Origin: Candidatus Omnitrophota bacterium
Lineage (GTDB): Bacteria; Omnitrophota; Gorgyraeia; Zapsychrales; JAHFFX01
Direction: 5' to 3'
DNA: 64,000 nt
Assembly (NCBI GenBank): GCA_023247705.1
Contig: JAHFFY010000003.1
Coordinates: 14,067 to 78,066, forward strand
The notes under the pieces were generated by a model. It was not told the origin of the DNA. It made no database searches and saw only the letters and a list, made by a program, of their open reading frames with translations. The translations under genes were made by a program, and so were the position numbers. This document shows, one piece after another, positions 1 through 9,571 of the stretch (the stretch's first letter is position 1; each line of letters begins with the position of its first letter).

Positions 1-673
1 AAAGATCGATCACATCCTGATCCGCCAGGTTGAATTTATTACGTAAAATAAAATCGAGGTCATAGAAATCGCGCGGGGCGATTGTCTCCCTTAAGGCCGC
101 GGCCCGGAGCTTTTCACTCACGATCTCTTTTAAGGATAAACAATTAACCTTGCCTCCATCAAATAACGGTTCTCCGGTAAAGGGATGCAGAAAACTATGT
201 TGGACTTGGCGTTTCTCTATCGCGTGGATCGGATTATACCTAAGGCCGATTTCGAATTTAATTTTCGCTTCGACCTGACGCAGAGCTGATTGATAAACAA
301 AAGAATATACATACTGTTTGGATTCATTGCGCCCGGGATTGCCTGAATCATCGATCTTGATATCGAATGGCTCCACAAACTTCTTTATATTATCCTTCAC
401 CGACTGGATGCACTTGCGTCTTTCGCCGCGCGTCGCTTCATACTGTGGGAGCTTCATACTAAAATCAAGGTCTTCGCTCAAACGATAATACGCGTAATAA
501 ATTTTATTCAGGCAGGTTCCTCCTTTAAAAATGAGGTCTTGCGAAAGCTCGTGCACCCGGGAAAGGATCAACGTCAAATAGTAATCTTTTTCCAATTGAG
601 ACAATAAAAACTCCTTCTTCTTGGACGCTCTCTCCAGCATCTTTATAAATTCTTCTTTATTTTTGTGAATCAT
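1..673 (-). CDS. AbiEii/AbiGii-family nucleotidyltransferase toxin (type IV TA / abortive infection); C-terminus runs off the window edge
   Basis: Manual minus-strand translation from the ATG at 671-673: MIHKNKEEFIKMLERASKKKEFLLSQLEKDYYLTLILSRVHELSQDLIFKGGTCLNKIYYAYYRLSEDLDFSMK... The F-K-G-G-T-x-L...R-x-S-E-D-L-D-F nucleotidyltransferase motif is present. The reading frame stays open to position 1. It is absent from the ORF track because it is truncated by the window edge. Confidence 0.7.
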   Translation of the reverse strand, partial: MIHKNKEEFIKMLERASKKKEFLLSQLEKDYYLTLILSRVHELSQDLIFKGGTCLNKIYYAYYRLSEDLDFSMKLPQYEATRGERRKCIQSVKDNIKKFVEPFDIKIDDSGNPGRNESKQYVYSFVYQSALRQVEAKIKFEIGLRYNPIHAIEKRQVQHSFLHPFTGEPLFDGGKVNCLSLKEIVSEKLRAAALRETIAPRDFYDLDFILRNKFNLADQDVIDL

Positions 674-686
674 GAAGCCTTCTTTT

Positions 687-1496
687 TTAGGGCTGAACGT
701 TAGCCGAAGGATTGACGATGGCTTTCCATTTTTTGTTAAGTGTTCCTTTGCGCGATCCGGTAAATGAACTCAACGCGGTTTTCTCCACACTTTTGATAAG
801 CGGGCTAAGGATGGTGTCGGTGATGCCTAAATCATCAAGAATCAAACCAATGCGTTTTCTGGTCGTAATATTCGGAAAGCGTGCGGCGCATTGAACGAGT
901 TTTTTGATATCACATTTTTTTTCTTCGACAACTTGTTTGAAAATCCGGACGGCACTATTAATACCGCCGACCGGTTTGTTAAAATAGAGAATATCAACGA
1001 GCGTCCTCTCTTTAGAGCTGACGAGGACATCCGTATTCTTTACTTTAATAATTTCCCGGCCATAGATGCGGTTTTCCGGAATTCTCAGGAACTTATAAGA
1101 GATGCCGCAAATTACTCTTTCCATACGTAAGGTTGTATTAAGAACATATACGGTCTGAAAAAGTTGTTCCGAAAAACCGTAGTAATTAAACATGGTTGAA
1201 TAACCAACATAATAATCCTTTCTTGGGAAAAAAAGCGGAGGAATAAGCAACTCGTCAATCCCTGTCCCTTCCGGGCCGGCTTCAAGCGGTGAAAAGGCAT
1301 AGACGCCGCGCTTTATGGGAGTTAGTATTTTTTTCCTTTTGAGTCTGAAAACAACCTGTTTTCTATTCTCCGGGGCGAGTTTAAATAATTGATCGAGATC
1401 CTCTACAGTGACGATCAATTTTTTCTCGTAAGTTAAGCGGGAGACAATATTGGTCTCAATCGGGCCTAAAGTCTTTGATGTATTATAATGTAGCAT
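687..1496 (-). CDS. AbiEi-like antitoxin / transcriptional regulator (partner of the downstream AbiEii toxin)
   Basis: 269 aa protein sitting 14 nt upstream of the toxin and co-directional with it. The N-terminus (…VTVEDLDQLF…RKQVVFRLKRKKILTPIKRGVYAF) resembles the winged-helix AbiEi_4 domain with the characteristic R-G-V-Y motif. Confidence 0.55.
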   Translation of the reverse strand: MLHYNTSKTLGPIETNIVSRLTYEKKLIVTVEDLDQLFKLAPENRKQVVFRLKRKKILTPIKRGVYAFSPLEAGPEGTGIDELLIPPLFFPRKDYYVGYSTMFNYYGFSEQLFQTVYVLNTTLRMERVICGISYKFLRIPENRIYGREIIKVKNTDVLVSSKERTLVDILYFNKPVGGINSAVRIFKQVVEEKKCDIKKLVQCAARFPNITTRKRIGLILDDLGITDTILSPLIKSVEKTALSSFTGSRKGTLNKKWKAIVNPSANVQP

Positions 1497-1667
1497 AGGT
1501 TATCTATTGAATAACTTTCATACACTTTATTTACATACACAACTTTACCATATCATTTCCCATTGTCAACATAAAACTGGATACAATGAATCGCAGATTA
1601 CTATGGGATTTAAACAATACGCCGAGATAATTCTTAATACGATTTTTGAGGATTTTCTAGATGGATT

Positions 1668-2357
1668 TCATGAGATGATTTTGCTATCTGCATCGAATAA
1701 TTTGATTCCGTGATGCCTTTTGATGAATCGCGATAAATGAAGAATCGGAACTTCATTGCGCCTGCTTAATTCGACCGCTTTCCTATATGCGCTTAAGGCC
1801 TCTTTCAAAAAATGTTGATGATCCAAACTCACGCCTAAATTCATCCAAGCCTGCCATTGATTCGGATCTAACTCAATAACCCTGCGGCAACAAAGCTCGG
1901 CCTGTTTGAAATCCTGTTTATAAAGTAGGCATAGGCTGGCACCATGCCAAAGATCAAAATAAATCTTTCGCGGAATGATGTGGCTGGCAAGGCCGCGGCA
2001 ATAATAGATCAGCGAATCATCGAATTCGTACAAATATTCGCTGGCCCGGCCTTTATAGAGCAATAAATTAGCCCGATGATCCGTCATACTTTGATCATCC
2101 AGAAACTTATCCACCACAAAGAATGCGCCCAAATAATTCCGCTCGGCAAAATAAACCGCCATTATCTTTGATAATCCAGCCAGCTTCCCTTCCACAGTTA
2201 TGGCCTTAGCAAGCGCATTCTCGGCCTCTTCCCTCGCTTCTTCGGGCACTTCCCAAGCCGAAGCTTGGTGAAGCTTCTCTATATACAACTCCTCGGCCAT
2301 GTTGATCGCGGTTTTGTTCATCACCTCAATACAGCCATAACTCTCGGCACATAGCAA
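1668..2357 (-). CDS. TPR-repeat protein (hypothetical)
   Basis: 229 aa protein with repeated W/LG/Y/A/F/P TPR-like 34-residue units (…NQWQAWMNLGVSLDHQHFLKEALSAYRKAVEL…). No catalytic motif recognised. Confidence 0.55.
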   Translation of the reverse strand: MLCAESYGCIEVMNKTAINMAEELYIEKLHQASAWEVPEEAREEAENALAKAITVEGKLAGLSKIMAVYFAERNYLGAFFVVDKFLDDQSMTDHRANLLLYKGRASEYLYEFDDSLIYYCRGLASHIIPRKIYFDLWHGASLCLLYKQDFKQAELCCRRVIELDPNQWQAWMNLGVSLDHQHFLKEALSAYRKAVELSRRNEVPILHLSRFIKRHHGIKLFDADSKIIS

Positions 2358-2449
2358 GGCGATCTCCGACGGAGAAATCCTCTCTTATTGCCTTGCTATC
2401 GGTCAGCAGTTATGGCTATATATGACTGATGAAAGGAGACGCGGATCGA

Positions 2450-2920
2450 ATGGACAATGCCAAGTTTAGCGAGGTGGAGAAACTGAAGGACAAAAGTCTG
2501 GAGGAACTTCAGGCAGAATTTGAGCGGATTTTCGGCAAAAAAACGGATTCCACCAATGACACTTTCCTCCGGCGCAAGATTGCTTACCGGATTCAGGAAA
2601 TGGAATTGGGCGGGCTTTCCAAGAAGGCCAAGACGCGCCTTGAGGAACTCATAGAGAAATACGATCCGGTTAACAACAAGGCCTTACGGCCAAAGATTAC
2701 AACCGGCGACAAGGAGTTAAAAACTTTACCTTCTATGCGGGACAAACGCCTCCCGATCCCCGGGACGATTATTCGAAAGAATTATAAGGGAAAAGAAATC
2801 GAGGTTCGTGTCTTGGAAAAGGGATTCGAATATGACGGCAAACGCTATCGAAGCTTAACTGGCATTGCCCTTGAGATAACCGGCGCCCATTGGAACGGCT
2901 TTTCCTTTTTTAATGTATGA
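2450..2920 (+). CDS. DUF2924-family protein (recombinase-associated)
   Basis: Conserved small protein (MDNAKFSEVEKL…RRKIAYRIQEMELGGL…) encoded immediately upstream of a large serine recombinase, with an ATGA stop/start overlap. The RBS AAAGGAG lies 10 nt before the ATG at 2450; the track ORF starts at 2429. Confidence 0.6.
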   Translation: MDNAKFSEVEKLKDKSLEELQAEFERIFGKKTDSTNDTFLRRKIAYRIQEMELGGLSKKAKTRLEELIEKYDPVNNKALRPKITTGDKELKTLPSMRDKRLPIPGTIIRKNYKGKEIEVRVLEKGFEYDGKRYRSLTGIALEITGAHWNGFSFFNV

Positions 2921-4527
2921 ACGATAAAAATCAGACCAAAGAGCCAGCTAAAACAATTCGATGCGCGATTTACACACGCGTCTCCACGACCGATAATCTC
3001 GAACAGGATTTTACTTCCCTCGATGTCCAGAGGGAATCCGCCGAAAGCTTCATTGCCAGCCAGAAACAGGAGGGCTGGATTGCCTCATCTCAACGCTACG
3101 ACGATGCCGGATTCACCGGAGCCAACACCGAGCGGCCCGCGCTTAAACAACTGATCGAGCATATCAAAGCTAAAGAAGTCGATTGCGTGGTCGTTTACAA
3201 AGTTGACCGACTCTCTCGTTCTCTTTTAGATTTCTCTCAACTTTTGGAATTCTTTGATAAGAACAATGTTGCCTTCGTGTCGGTCACGCAAAATTTCAAC
3301 ACCAAGACGTCCATGGGCCGACTTACTCTGAATATTCTTCTCTCCTTCGCCCAGTTCGAGCGGGAAATGATCAGTGAACGAACCCGCGACAAAATGGCCG
3401 CCGCTAAAAAGAAAGGCAAATTTATCGGCGGCCGCCCTGCCCTCGGATACAACATCGATCCGATCAATCACAAATTGATAACCAATCCCGCTGAAGTCAA
3501 ACTCGTCAAAGAAGTATTCGACCTTTACCTTGAAAAGAAGTCCCTCATCGAAGTTACAAAGATTCTCAATGCCAAGGCCTACAAGACCAAAGAATACACA
3601 TCGAGGAAGGGATTAAAATTCGGGGCGCAAGATTTCCAGAACACGTCGGTTCAACGGATACTAAGGAATATCCTCTATACGGGAAGAGTGCAGTATCAAA
3701 ACGAATTCTACGACGGACAGCAGGAAGCTTTTATCCCCATTGAAACGTTCCAGAAGGTTCAGAAAATCCTCGATGAGAATTACCGTACTCCGCAACGACT
3801 GGAACGCAAAAAAGGCCGAGGCATTTTAAGCCAAATCCTGCGATGTAAAAGCTGCGATAGCGCGATGGTTTACACCTATGTTTACAAAAGAGAAAAACGC
3901 CACAAATATATGTTTTACATCTGTTCGAAAGCCGCTAAACGCGGCTATGGCACCTGCCCGACGCCGACCATCCCCGCGCATCTTGCCGAAGACCGGATCA
4001 TGGATTGTTTAAAACAGATTCCGACAGTCAGGGATTTCATCGGAGGAGATTGGAATCAGATTTCCATTGACCAAAGACGAGAAAAACTTGGAAAGGTGAT
4101 TAGAGAAATCAATTATGACAACTCGGCCAAGATTCTAACCATTACCACAATTGATGAAAACAAGTCTTATACATTTGAAGCCGATTTCAAGAAGGCAAAG
4201 CCGGAGAAACCCGAGGTGATCATCAAGAAGGAGCCGCAGTTACGTCAAAACCTTGCTCTTGCCCATCAAATCCAAAACCTCATGGACAATGACCCAGCCA
4301 TGAGCGTCAAACAAATCGCCGGATGGCTCAATCTGACTCCGGCGCGTGTCAATCAATTCATGAACATGCTTCTTCTGGCTCCAGCCATCCAAGAACAGAT
4401 CCTCTTTGAGGACGACGAAAAAATAGTCTCAATCCCCGAATACAAAATCAACGAAATTAGCCGTGAGATGATTTGGGACAAGCAGATCGAAGTCTGGCAA
4501 AGAATCCTTCATCCTTCCACTCTCTAA
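2917..4527 (+). CDS. large serine recombinase (resolvase/invertase catalytic domain, recombinase domain, zinc-ribbon)
   Basis: 536 aa. N-terminus AIYTRVSTTDN…SLDVQRE…VVVYKVDRLSRSL is the serine-recombinase catalytic domain. A central recombinase domain and a C-terminal Cys-rich region (CKSCDS…CSKAAKRGYGTCP) follow. Confidence 0.9.
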   Translation: MNDKNQTKEPAKTIRCAIYTRVSTTDNLEQDFTSLDVQRESAESFIASQKQEGWIASSQRYDDAGFTGANTERPALKQLIEHIKAKEVDCVVVYKVDRLSRSLLDFSQLLEFFDKNNVAFVSVTQNFNTKTSMGRLTLNILLSFAQFEREMISERTRDKMAAAKKKGKFIGGRPALGYNIDPINHKLITNPAEVKLVKEVFDLYLEKKSLIEVTKILNAKAYKTKEYTSRKGLKFGAQDFQNTSVQRILRNILYTGRVQYQNEFYDGQQEAFIPIETFQKVQKILDENYRTPQRLERKKGRGILSQILRCKSCDSAMVYTYVYKREKRHKYMFYICSKAAKRGYGTCPTPTIPAHLAEDRIMDCLKQIPTVRDFIGGDWNQISIDQRREKLGKVIREINYDNSAKILTITTIDENKSYTFEADFKKAKPEKPEVIIKKEPQLRQNLALAHQIQNLMDNDPAMSVKQIAGWLNLTPARVNQFMNMLLLAPAIQEQILFEDDEKIVSIPEYKINEISREMIWDKQIEVWQRILHPSTL

Positions 4528-4862
4528 TTTTCACCCTGCTGTGGCGGGATTTGAAAAATTCTCCATTCAAATAATTGTTCTCTCTCTTTGATGCTCTCAT
4601 TTTAGCTCGCTATTTTATCTCAATATTACAATTTCTATTTTAGGCCTAATTGGACTTTTTGCTTGCTCGTCGGGATATTCGATATTTCTATAAATATCCA
4701 TAAAATACGAGGCATAAAATAAAGCAACCTTTGGAGAGGAATACGCAAATTTCCGACGATATTTTCAAATTTTCTGTCTCGAGAGACTCTCAATTCAATC
4801 AATCGAAATTATTTCTCCGATGGAGAAATGATAATGCCCTAACTCTTTGACACGTCAAAGCT

Positions 4863-4896
4863 AAAAACCCCGATGATCATCGATCATCAGGGTTTT
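4863..4896. terminator. bidirectional rho-independent terminator hairpin (A-run, CCCCGATGATC/GATCATCAGGG stem, T-run)
   Basis: aaaaaCCCCGATGATCatcGATCATCAGGGtttt. The stem pairs at 10 of 11 positions. It lies just 3' of tRNA-His on the minus strand and downstream of the recombinase on the plus strand. Confidence 0.6.
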
Positions 4897-4933
4897 GTCG
4901 TAACTTATTGTGCCAGAACATGTTACGAATAGA

Positions 4934-5011
4934 TGGGGTGGGTGACCGGATTCGAACCGGCGACCACAAGAGCCACATTCTTGTACTCTAACCAACTGAG
5001 CTACACCCACC
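4934..5011 (-). tRNA. tRNA-His (anticodon GTG), CCA encoded, with extra 5' G(-1)
   Basis: The reverse complement folds as a cloverleaf: acceptor GTGGGTG, D-arm AGCTCAGTTGGTTAGAGT, anticodon stem CAAGA/TCTTG with loop ATGTGGC (GTG), T-arm CCGGTTCGAATCCGG, and 3' CCA. Confidence 0.9.
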
Positions 5012-5116
5012 ATAAATTTACGATATGTTTGGAAAAAATCGGTTGGCAATCAGATGACCCGGGGCTAAAATCAGCTCCTCAATATATAAACATCCGTCCG
5101 ATTTTGCAAGCTAATT

Positions 5117-6220
5117 TTATTGTGCAGGAACCGGCTTGTCTTCTTGTTCTTTCAGGGAAGGCTCTATCTTTTCTTTATAAAATTTCTTTCCGAACTCTTC
5201 AAACTGATGGCCCAAATTTTTATAATCCGTCGAACCCGAGGACTCCCCCGACGGCTGTTCTCCGATCTGCCCGGAAAATGAAATCGCCCCGACCTGAAAA
5301 TCATCCATCTTGGTTTTGAAATTAAACGCCGAGGTGATCTCCAGGCCCGAGGATTGCAAGGCCGCGAAAAAGACGTCCTTGAAAGAAGCGGGATTGGTTT
5401 CGGTCTCGGGCTTATCGGTCAAATTCTTGATCTGGACTTTTCCCTGGACCGTCATATCGTTGTTAAGCGAATACAAATTCGCCGCGCAGCTCACTTTTCC
5501 GTCCGGTTCAATCACATTAATATTCACGTTCATGTCTTTTTTATAAACATTGATAAAGCCCTGGGCCTGCACCTTGCTTCCGGAAAACGGCAGCTGGCCG
5601 TTGGTGATGGCGGCGGTCAGATCGAATTTGGTTTCCATCGGCTCGACGGTCGGGATCAGGACATTCTGGGATTTTAAATCGACATCCTTGAGATCGACAC
5701 GAAAATCCGATTGGTTCGCGCGGTCGGCAAACTGGATCTCGCCTTTCTTGACGAGGAGATAATCGATGACCACGCTGAACATCTTTCGCGGCGGCGGGGT
5801 TTTCGCTTCGCTCGTCCGAGGAATAAATGGATTATCTGCGGACGGCGTCTGTGACGCCTGGCCGGCCGGCGCGGCATCGCCCAGCACAAATTTAGACTGT
5901 TCATTGCGGGTCACCAGCACAACCGGTTCCGAAAGGCTCATGAACAAAAGATGAAACCGCTTGTGTAAAAGATCCGGGATCCCGATCTGCAGCTGAACGT
6001 CTTGGGCCTGCATCATGTTTTCGATCTTGAAATCCATAATCCTCAGACCGAACGGGAACAGGAAATGAATGTCTTCCATCATGACCGGCCGCTGAAAAAT
6101 TTCGCTGAGTTTATCAAAGACAAGTTGCCGTCCGTTTAATCGGATATAAATCGAACAGGTGATCACGATCACCAGCAGGAGAATGAGCAAACCTAATAAA
6201 ATTCTGGCCAGGGTTTTCAT
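5117..6220 (-). CDS. hypothetical membrane-anchored protein (N-terminal TM helix, extracytoplasmic domain)
   Basis: 367 aa with an N-terminal hydrophobic segment LLGLLILLLVIVITC. No recognisable catalytic domain. It may be AsmA/DUF748-like. Confidence 0.55.
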   Translation of the reverse strand: MKTLARILLGLLILLLVIVITCSIYIRLNGRQLVFDKLSEIFQRPVMMEDIHFLFPFGLRIMDFKIENMMQAQDVQLQIGIPDLLHKRFHLLFMSLSEPVVLVTRNEQSKFVLGDAAPAGQASQTPSADNPFIPRTSEAKTPPPRKMFSVVIDYLLVKKGEIQFADRANQSDFRVDLKDVDLKSQNVLIPTVEPMETKFDLTAAITNGQLPFSGSKVQAQGFINVYKKDMNVNINVIEPDGKVSCAANLYSLNNDMTVQGKVQIKNLTDKPETETNPASFKDVFFAALQSSGLEITSAFNFKTKMDDFQVGAISFSGQIGEQPSGESSGSTDYKNLGHQFEEFGKKFYKEKIEPSLKEQEDKPVPAQ

Positions 6221-6301
6221 ATTTTAAAATTTTCGCTTAAAGAAAATAACGCCGGACGTTGCGAGCTCCATTCCAAACGGATGACAATCATTAAAATAAA
6301 A

Positions 6302-6375
6302 CGTCCCTGGCCCGAGTCGAACGGGCGGCCCACAGCTTAGAAGGCTGTTGCTCTATCCAACTGAGCTACAGGGAC
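6302..6375 (-). tRNA. tRNA-Arg (anticodon TCT)
   Basis: Reverse complement GTCCCTGTAGCTCAGTTGGATAGAGCAACAGCCTTCTAAGCTGTGGGCCGCCCGTTCGACTCGGGCCAGGGACG. Anticodon loop CTTCTAA. No encoded CCA. Confidence 0.9.
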
Positions 6376-6550
6376 AAATCGCGTCGATGATTATTCAATA
6401 CAAAAAATTTCAGGATATTGAATCCGTGCCTTAAAAACAGGATTATTTTATATCAGATTTTATATCAACTGTCTATACGTTTAAGGAAAACTCCATATCC
6501 CCGGGATTAATCATGCCCGACCGGCAAAAGAGATCAAAACATGAAAACAC

Positions 6551-9010
6551 TTGTCAATAACAGGGCGTTCTATAAAATGGAATCATATGAACTCATCCAA
6601 TGCACTACACCCTGCCGCTTCTTTTCAACCCCCGTTTTCCTTGTTCCGTTCCATTCCCAAAAATATCCTGATCGCGCTGGCAATCAGCGTGTTTTTGGGA
6701 ATTTTTCTATGGATCTACTCCGACCTGCCGCCTTACGGCCGGCCCGAGCAGGAATCGAACGTCTACTGGACCTGCATGATCGACATCGCCCACAAATGGC
6801 GCACCTTTCAATGGTTTACCTTTTGGGACCGGGAACTGGGCGGCGGGATGAGCCTTTATACCTCGAGCCAGTATCCGCTGTTTAATCCGACCAACGCCCT
6901 AGCATGGGTCCTGCCCGATGATCAATTTTATTTATTCAAGGTCATCGAACCGTTTGTCGTGGGATGTTTTTTTACAATCCTTTTTCTTCTAGAGGCCTTC
7001 GCGGTTCCCTGGCCGTTCGCGTTTTTTAGCGCGTTTTATTTTCTGGGATTGGGTTTAAGCCGTCAGACCATGCTCCCGGAGTCGTCGCTTTTTTTGTGGG
7101 GCTGTTTTCTTTTTCCGGCGATGGTTTACGCGTACTGGAAACTCCATACCAAAAACCTATACCTGGCCTTCGCGGTCGTTGGGAGTCTGATCGCGCTGCA
7201 ATTTTCCGGGGCCGGGGTGACCCAGGTCCCGCAGCTGGCCGCATGGTGGCTTTTGTTCATCGCGGTGCGAACGCTGTTTACCGTCAAGACCGATGGAACT
7301 TGGAATGGTTTTAAAAAATGGGGATTGAGCTCAGGTGTCCTGCTGTTGCTTGTGATCGGATTATTCGGCATTCAATTCATCCCGACGAAAGAATTCGTCA
7401 TGCACGAATCAGCCCGCATCCCGGGGCGATATCCGGTGAACAATTTTTGCCTTGAACACATCCTCGATCTGTTCGTCCGATTTATCACGCATCCGCAGGG
7501 GATCAGTTTACGCGGGGTCTTGGCCCTGGTCCTGTTGAGCCTGGCGGTCTTGATCAAAGACCATCGCAAATCCTTTCAACATCCGACAAGTAAAACATTT
7601 TTGCCGCAATTATGGATCACCACGATCGTTTATTTCCTGATCCCTTCTATGGCCGACATGTGTGACCGGCTGATGCCGTTTCTGCACGGGCTTTTTAAAC
7701 CCATCAGCATGTTTACCTTCCGTTACGGGATCCACATCCTGGATTTTTGTATCGCGATCAGTCTCGGCATCATTCTTCATAACGTGGATTTAAAAAACAA
7801 TTTTCAGCGGCTCTCTCTTCTTCGCCAGCTGTCCATCTTCATTCTTGTTGCGCTGGCGGTCTTGGCCGTGACGCTTCCGGCTGCGATGATTATCCCCGCG
7901 GTCAAAAACGCCCTGATCGCGTGGATCCCTGTCTCGCGTCACTTTGTGCCGGCGGGAGCGGGGAGCACGATCGTGATGTGCGTTATTTCCCTGATCGCGT
8001 TGTTTTATCTGATCCAACGACCCTCTTCAACACTCCTATGGAAACTCTTCGGGATCAGCCTGACGTTCCTGGGATTCATGACCATGATGACCTGTTATCA
8101 CTGGAACAACAAAGGGCTCCGGACGAATCTCGACGCGTATCATCTTTCCAGTCCCGAATACATCTATTATCAACAGGCCCATGGTAAATATTATCTGCCG
8201 TATGCCACGACCCCCGAGATGAACGACTGCTTCAATCTTCTTTATAGCGTTCACGGGACCGCGGGATTTTTCGCCTGCCCGCCGTATCGGTTTAATAAAT
8301 TTATGGCCACCTATCACAACGACAAGCTCGCGCACTTCCTTGCCGGTAACGTCATGCAGTATTATATCCTGCGGCCATCGAGTAACCTGACGACGTATTT
8401 TCCGGTCGAATTTACCACCATCAAGAAAGGAGAAACCCTGCCCTGGAAAGGCTTCGCCAAAAAAATTACGGGCGAACGGTTTGATATCTGGGAACGTCTC
8501 GTTGCCGTGCCTAAAATGTATTTCGCCAGGCAACTGCATGTCGTTCCTTACGCACAGATCATTAAAAATTTCGACCGTCCGTTCAACCGGACGATTTTAA
8601 TCGATGCCGATGATGCCGCCCGATTCGGGCTCGCCGATGTCCGGCTTTCGGACATGCCCAATGCTTCGCCGGGTTACGCGAACTTCCGTCGCCCGCGCGG
8701 GGACCGGGTGACGTTTGACGTCAAAACTTCCGGCGATCAGTTTGTTTTCTTTCCGGAGATGTATCAAAAAGGCTGGCGGATTTTACTGGATGGACAACCC
8801 GTCGAATATTTTCCGGCGGATTATCTTTTCATCGGGTTCAAGGTCCCGGCCGGCGAACATCACGTCACGATGCGGTTTGTTCCGCCGGGATTTTGGGCGG
8901 GATTGATCGTCAATGTGATTAGTGTGGCTGTATTGATTTTTTTGATCCGGACCGTCTGCAACAAAAAAGACAGCGACAAATCCGGACATCCCTGCCGCTC
9001 CTTCCTTTAA
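6551..9010 (+). CDS. YfhO-family polytopic membrane protein (GT-C-like glycosyltransferase candidate)
   Basis: 819 aa with many TM segments. The C-terminus …RILLDGQPVEYFPADYLFIGFKVPAGEHHVTMRFVPPGFWAG… matches the conserved YfhO C-terminal region. The true start may be an internal Met. Confidence 0.7.
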   Translation: MSITGRSIKWNHMNSSNALHPAASFQPPFSLFRSIPKNILIALAISVFLGIFLWIYSDLPPYGRPEQESNVYWTCMIDIAHKWRTFQWFTFWDRELGGGMSLYTSSQYPLFNPTNALAWVLPDDQFYLFKVIEPFVVGCFFTILFLLEAFAVPWPFAFFSAFYFLGLGLSRQTMLPESSLFLWGCFLFPAMVYAYWKLHTKNLYLAFAVVGSLIALQFSGAGVTQVPQLAAWWLLFIAVRTLFTVKTDGTWNGFKKWGLSSGVLLLLVIGLFGIQFIPTKEFVMHESARIPGRYPVNNFCLEHILDLFVRFITHPQGISLRGVLALVLLSLAVLIKDHRKSFQHPTSKTFLPQLWITTIVYFLIPSMADMCDRLMPFLHGLFKPISMFTFRYGIHILDFCIAISLGIILHNVDLKNNFQRLSLLRQLSIFILVALAVLAVTLPAAMIIPAVKNALIAWIPVSRHFVPAGAGSTIVMCVISLIALFYLIQRPSSTLLWKLFGISLTFLGFMTMMTCYHWNNKGLRTNLDAYHLSSPEYIYYQQAHGKYYLPYATTPEMNDCFNLLYSVHGTAGFFACPPYRFNKFMATYHNDKLAHFLAGNVMQYYILRPSSNLTTYFPVEFTTIKKGETLPWKGFAKKITGERFDIWERLVAVPKMYFARQLHVVPYAQIIKNFDRPFNRTILIDADDAARFGLADVRLSDMPNASPGYANFRRPRGDRVTFDVKTSGDQFVFFPEMYQKGWRILLDGQPVEYFPADYLFIGFKVPAGEHHVTMRFVPPGFWAGLIVNVISVAVLIFLIRTVCNKKDSDKSGHPCRSFL

Positions 9011-9012
9011 TC

Positions 9013-9484
9013 TTACAGTTCAAAACCAATCAGCCGCGGCGCATAAGCACGGGCGAAGATCCCCCACGAGCGCATGATGATCATAGAAAAATAAATAAAA
9101 AGCAGGTACGCAAAGAGAAATCCCAGGGTCAGATCTTTCGTCAGTACCATTTGTGCCAAATTTACGATGACCAAAGAAATAACACTCCAAAGCAAAAACG
9201 TTGCGCTATACGGCCAAAATGTTTTCCGGGCTGATCCATCCCGGATAGATCATCTCGATATAAAGAAATGCCGTACCTAAACACAAAATCTGCGCGATCA
9301 AAAATTTACAAAACGTCCCCACCCATTCTTCAAAATAAAACATCTTAGGCCAGTCGGGCAGGGCCTCGTTGTCCGAGATCACCGCGCATTCGAGGATTTT
9401 GAGCAGGCACACAATAACCACCAGCAATCGCTCTTTAATACACTCCGGACAAAAATCGCGCAGACACTTTGAGCACGTATACAA
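9013..9484 (-). CDS. small zinc-ribbon membrane protein (DUF2085-like?) split into two frames by an apparent +1 frameshift
   Basis: ORF 9206-9484 reads MYTCSKCLRDFCPEC… (C-x2-C-x5-C-x2-C followed by TM helices). ORF 9013-9195 begins with TTG and lies in the +1 frame. Its frame is open for 44 nt of overlap, back to a TGA upstream. The join falls at a T5 run. Either it is a sequencing frameshift or a real pseudogene. Confidence 0.3.
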
Positions 9485-9571
9485 AGACTCTTTCTCATCA
9501 GGAAAATGGCAGGGCGGATTGATCAGGTGATCTTTAAACGACCTTTCTTTATAATAATTTTTTCCCGATGA

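Noticed and set aside
1507-1713. ORFs 1507-1713, 9568-9780 and 55098-55304 located in intergenic or repeat DNA
   Set aside because: There are no ribosome-binding sites. They run through the palindromic repeats or the promoter spacer of the AbiE module. The low-complexity translations are unlikely to be genes.
4933-5319. Track ORFs overlapping tRNA genes (4861-5049, 4933-5319, 15436-15753, 15517-15813)
   Set aside because: They are read straight through well-formed tRNA-His and tRNA-Pro cloverleaves, so they are frame artefacts.
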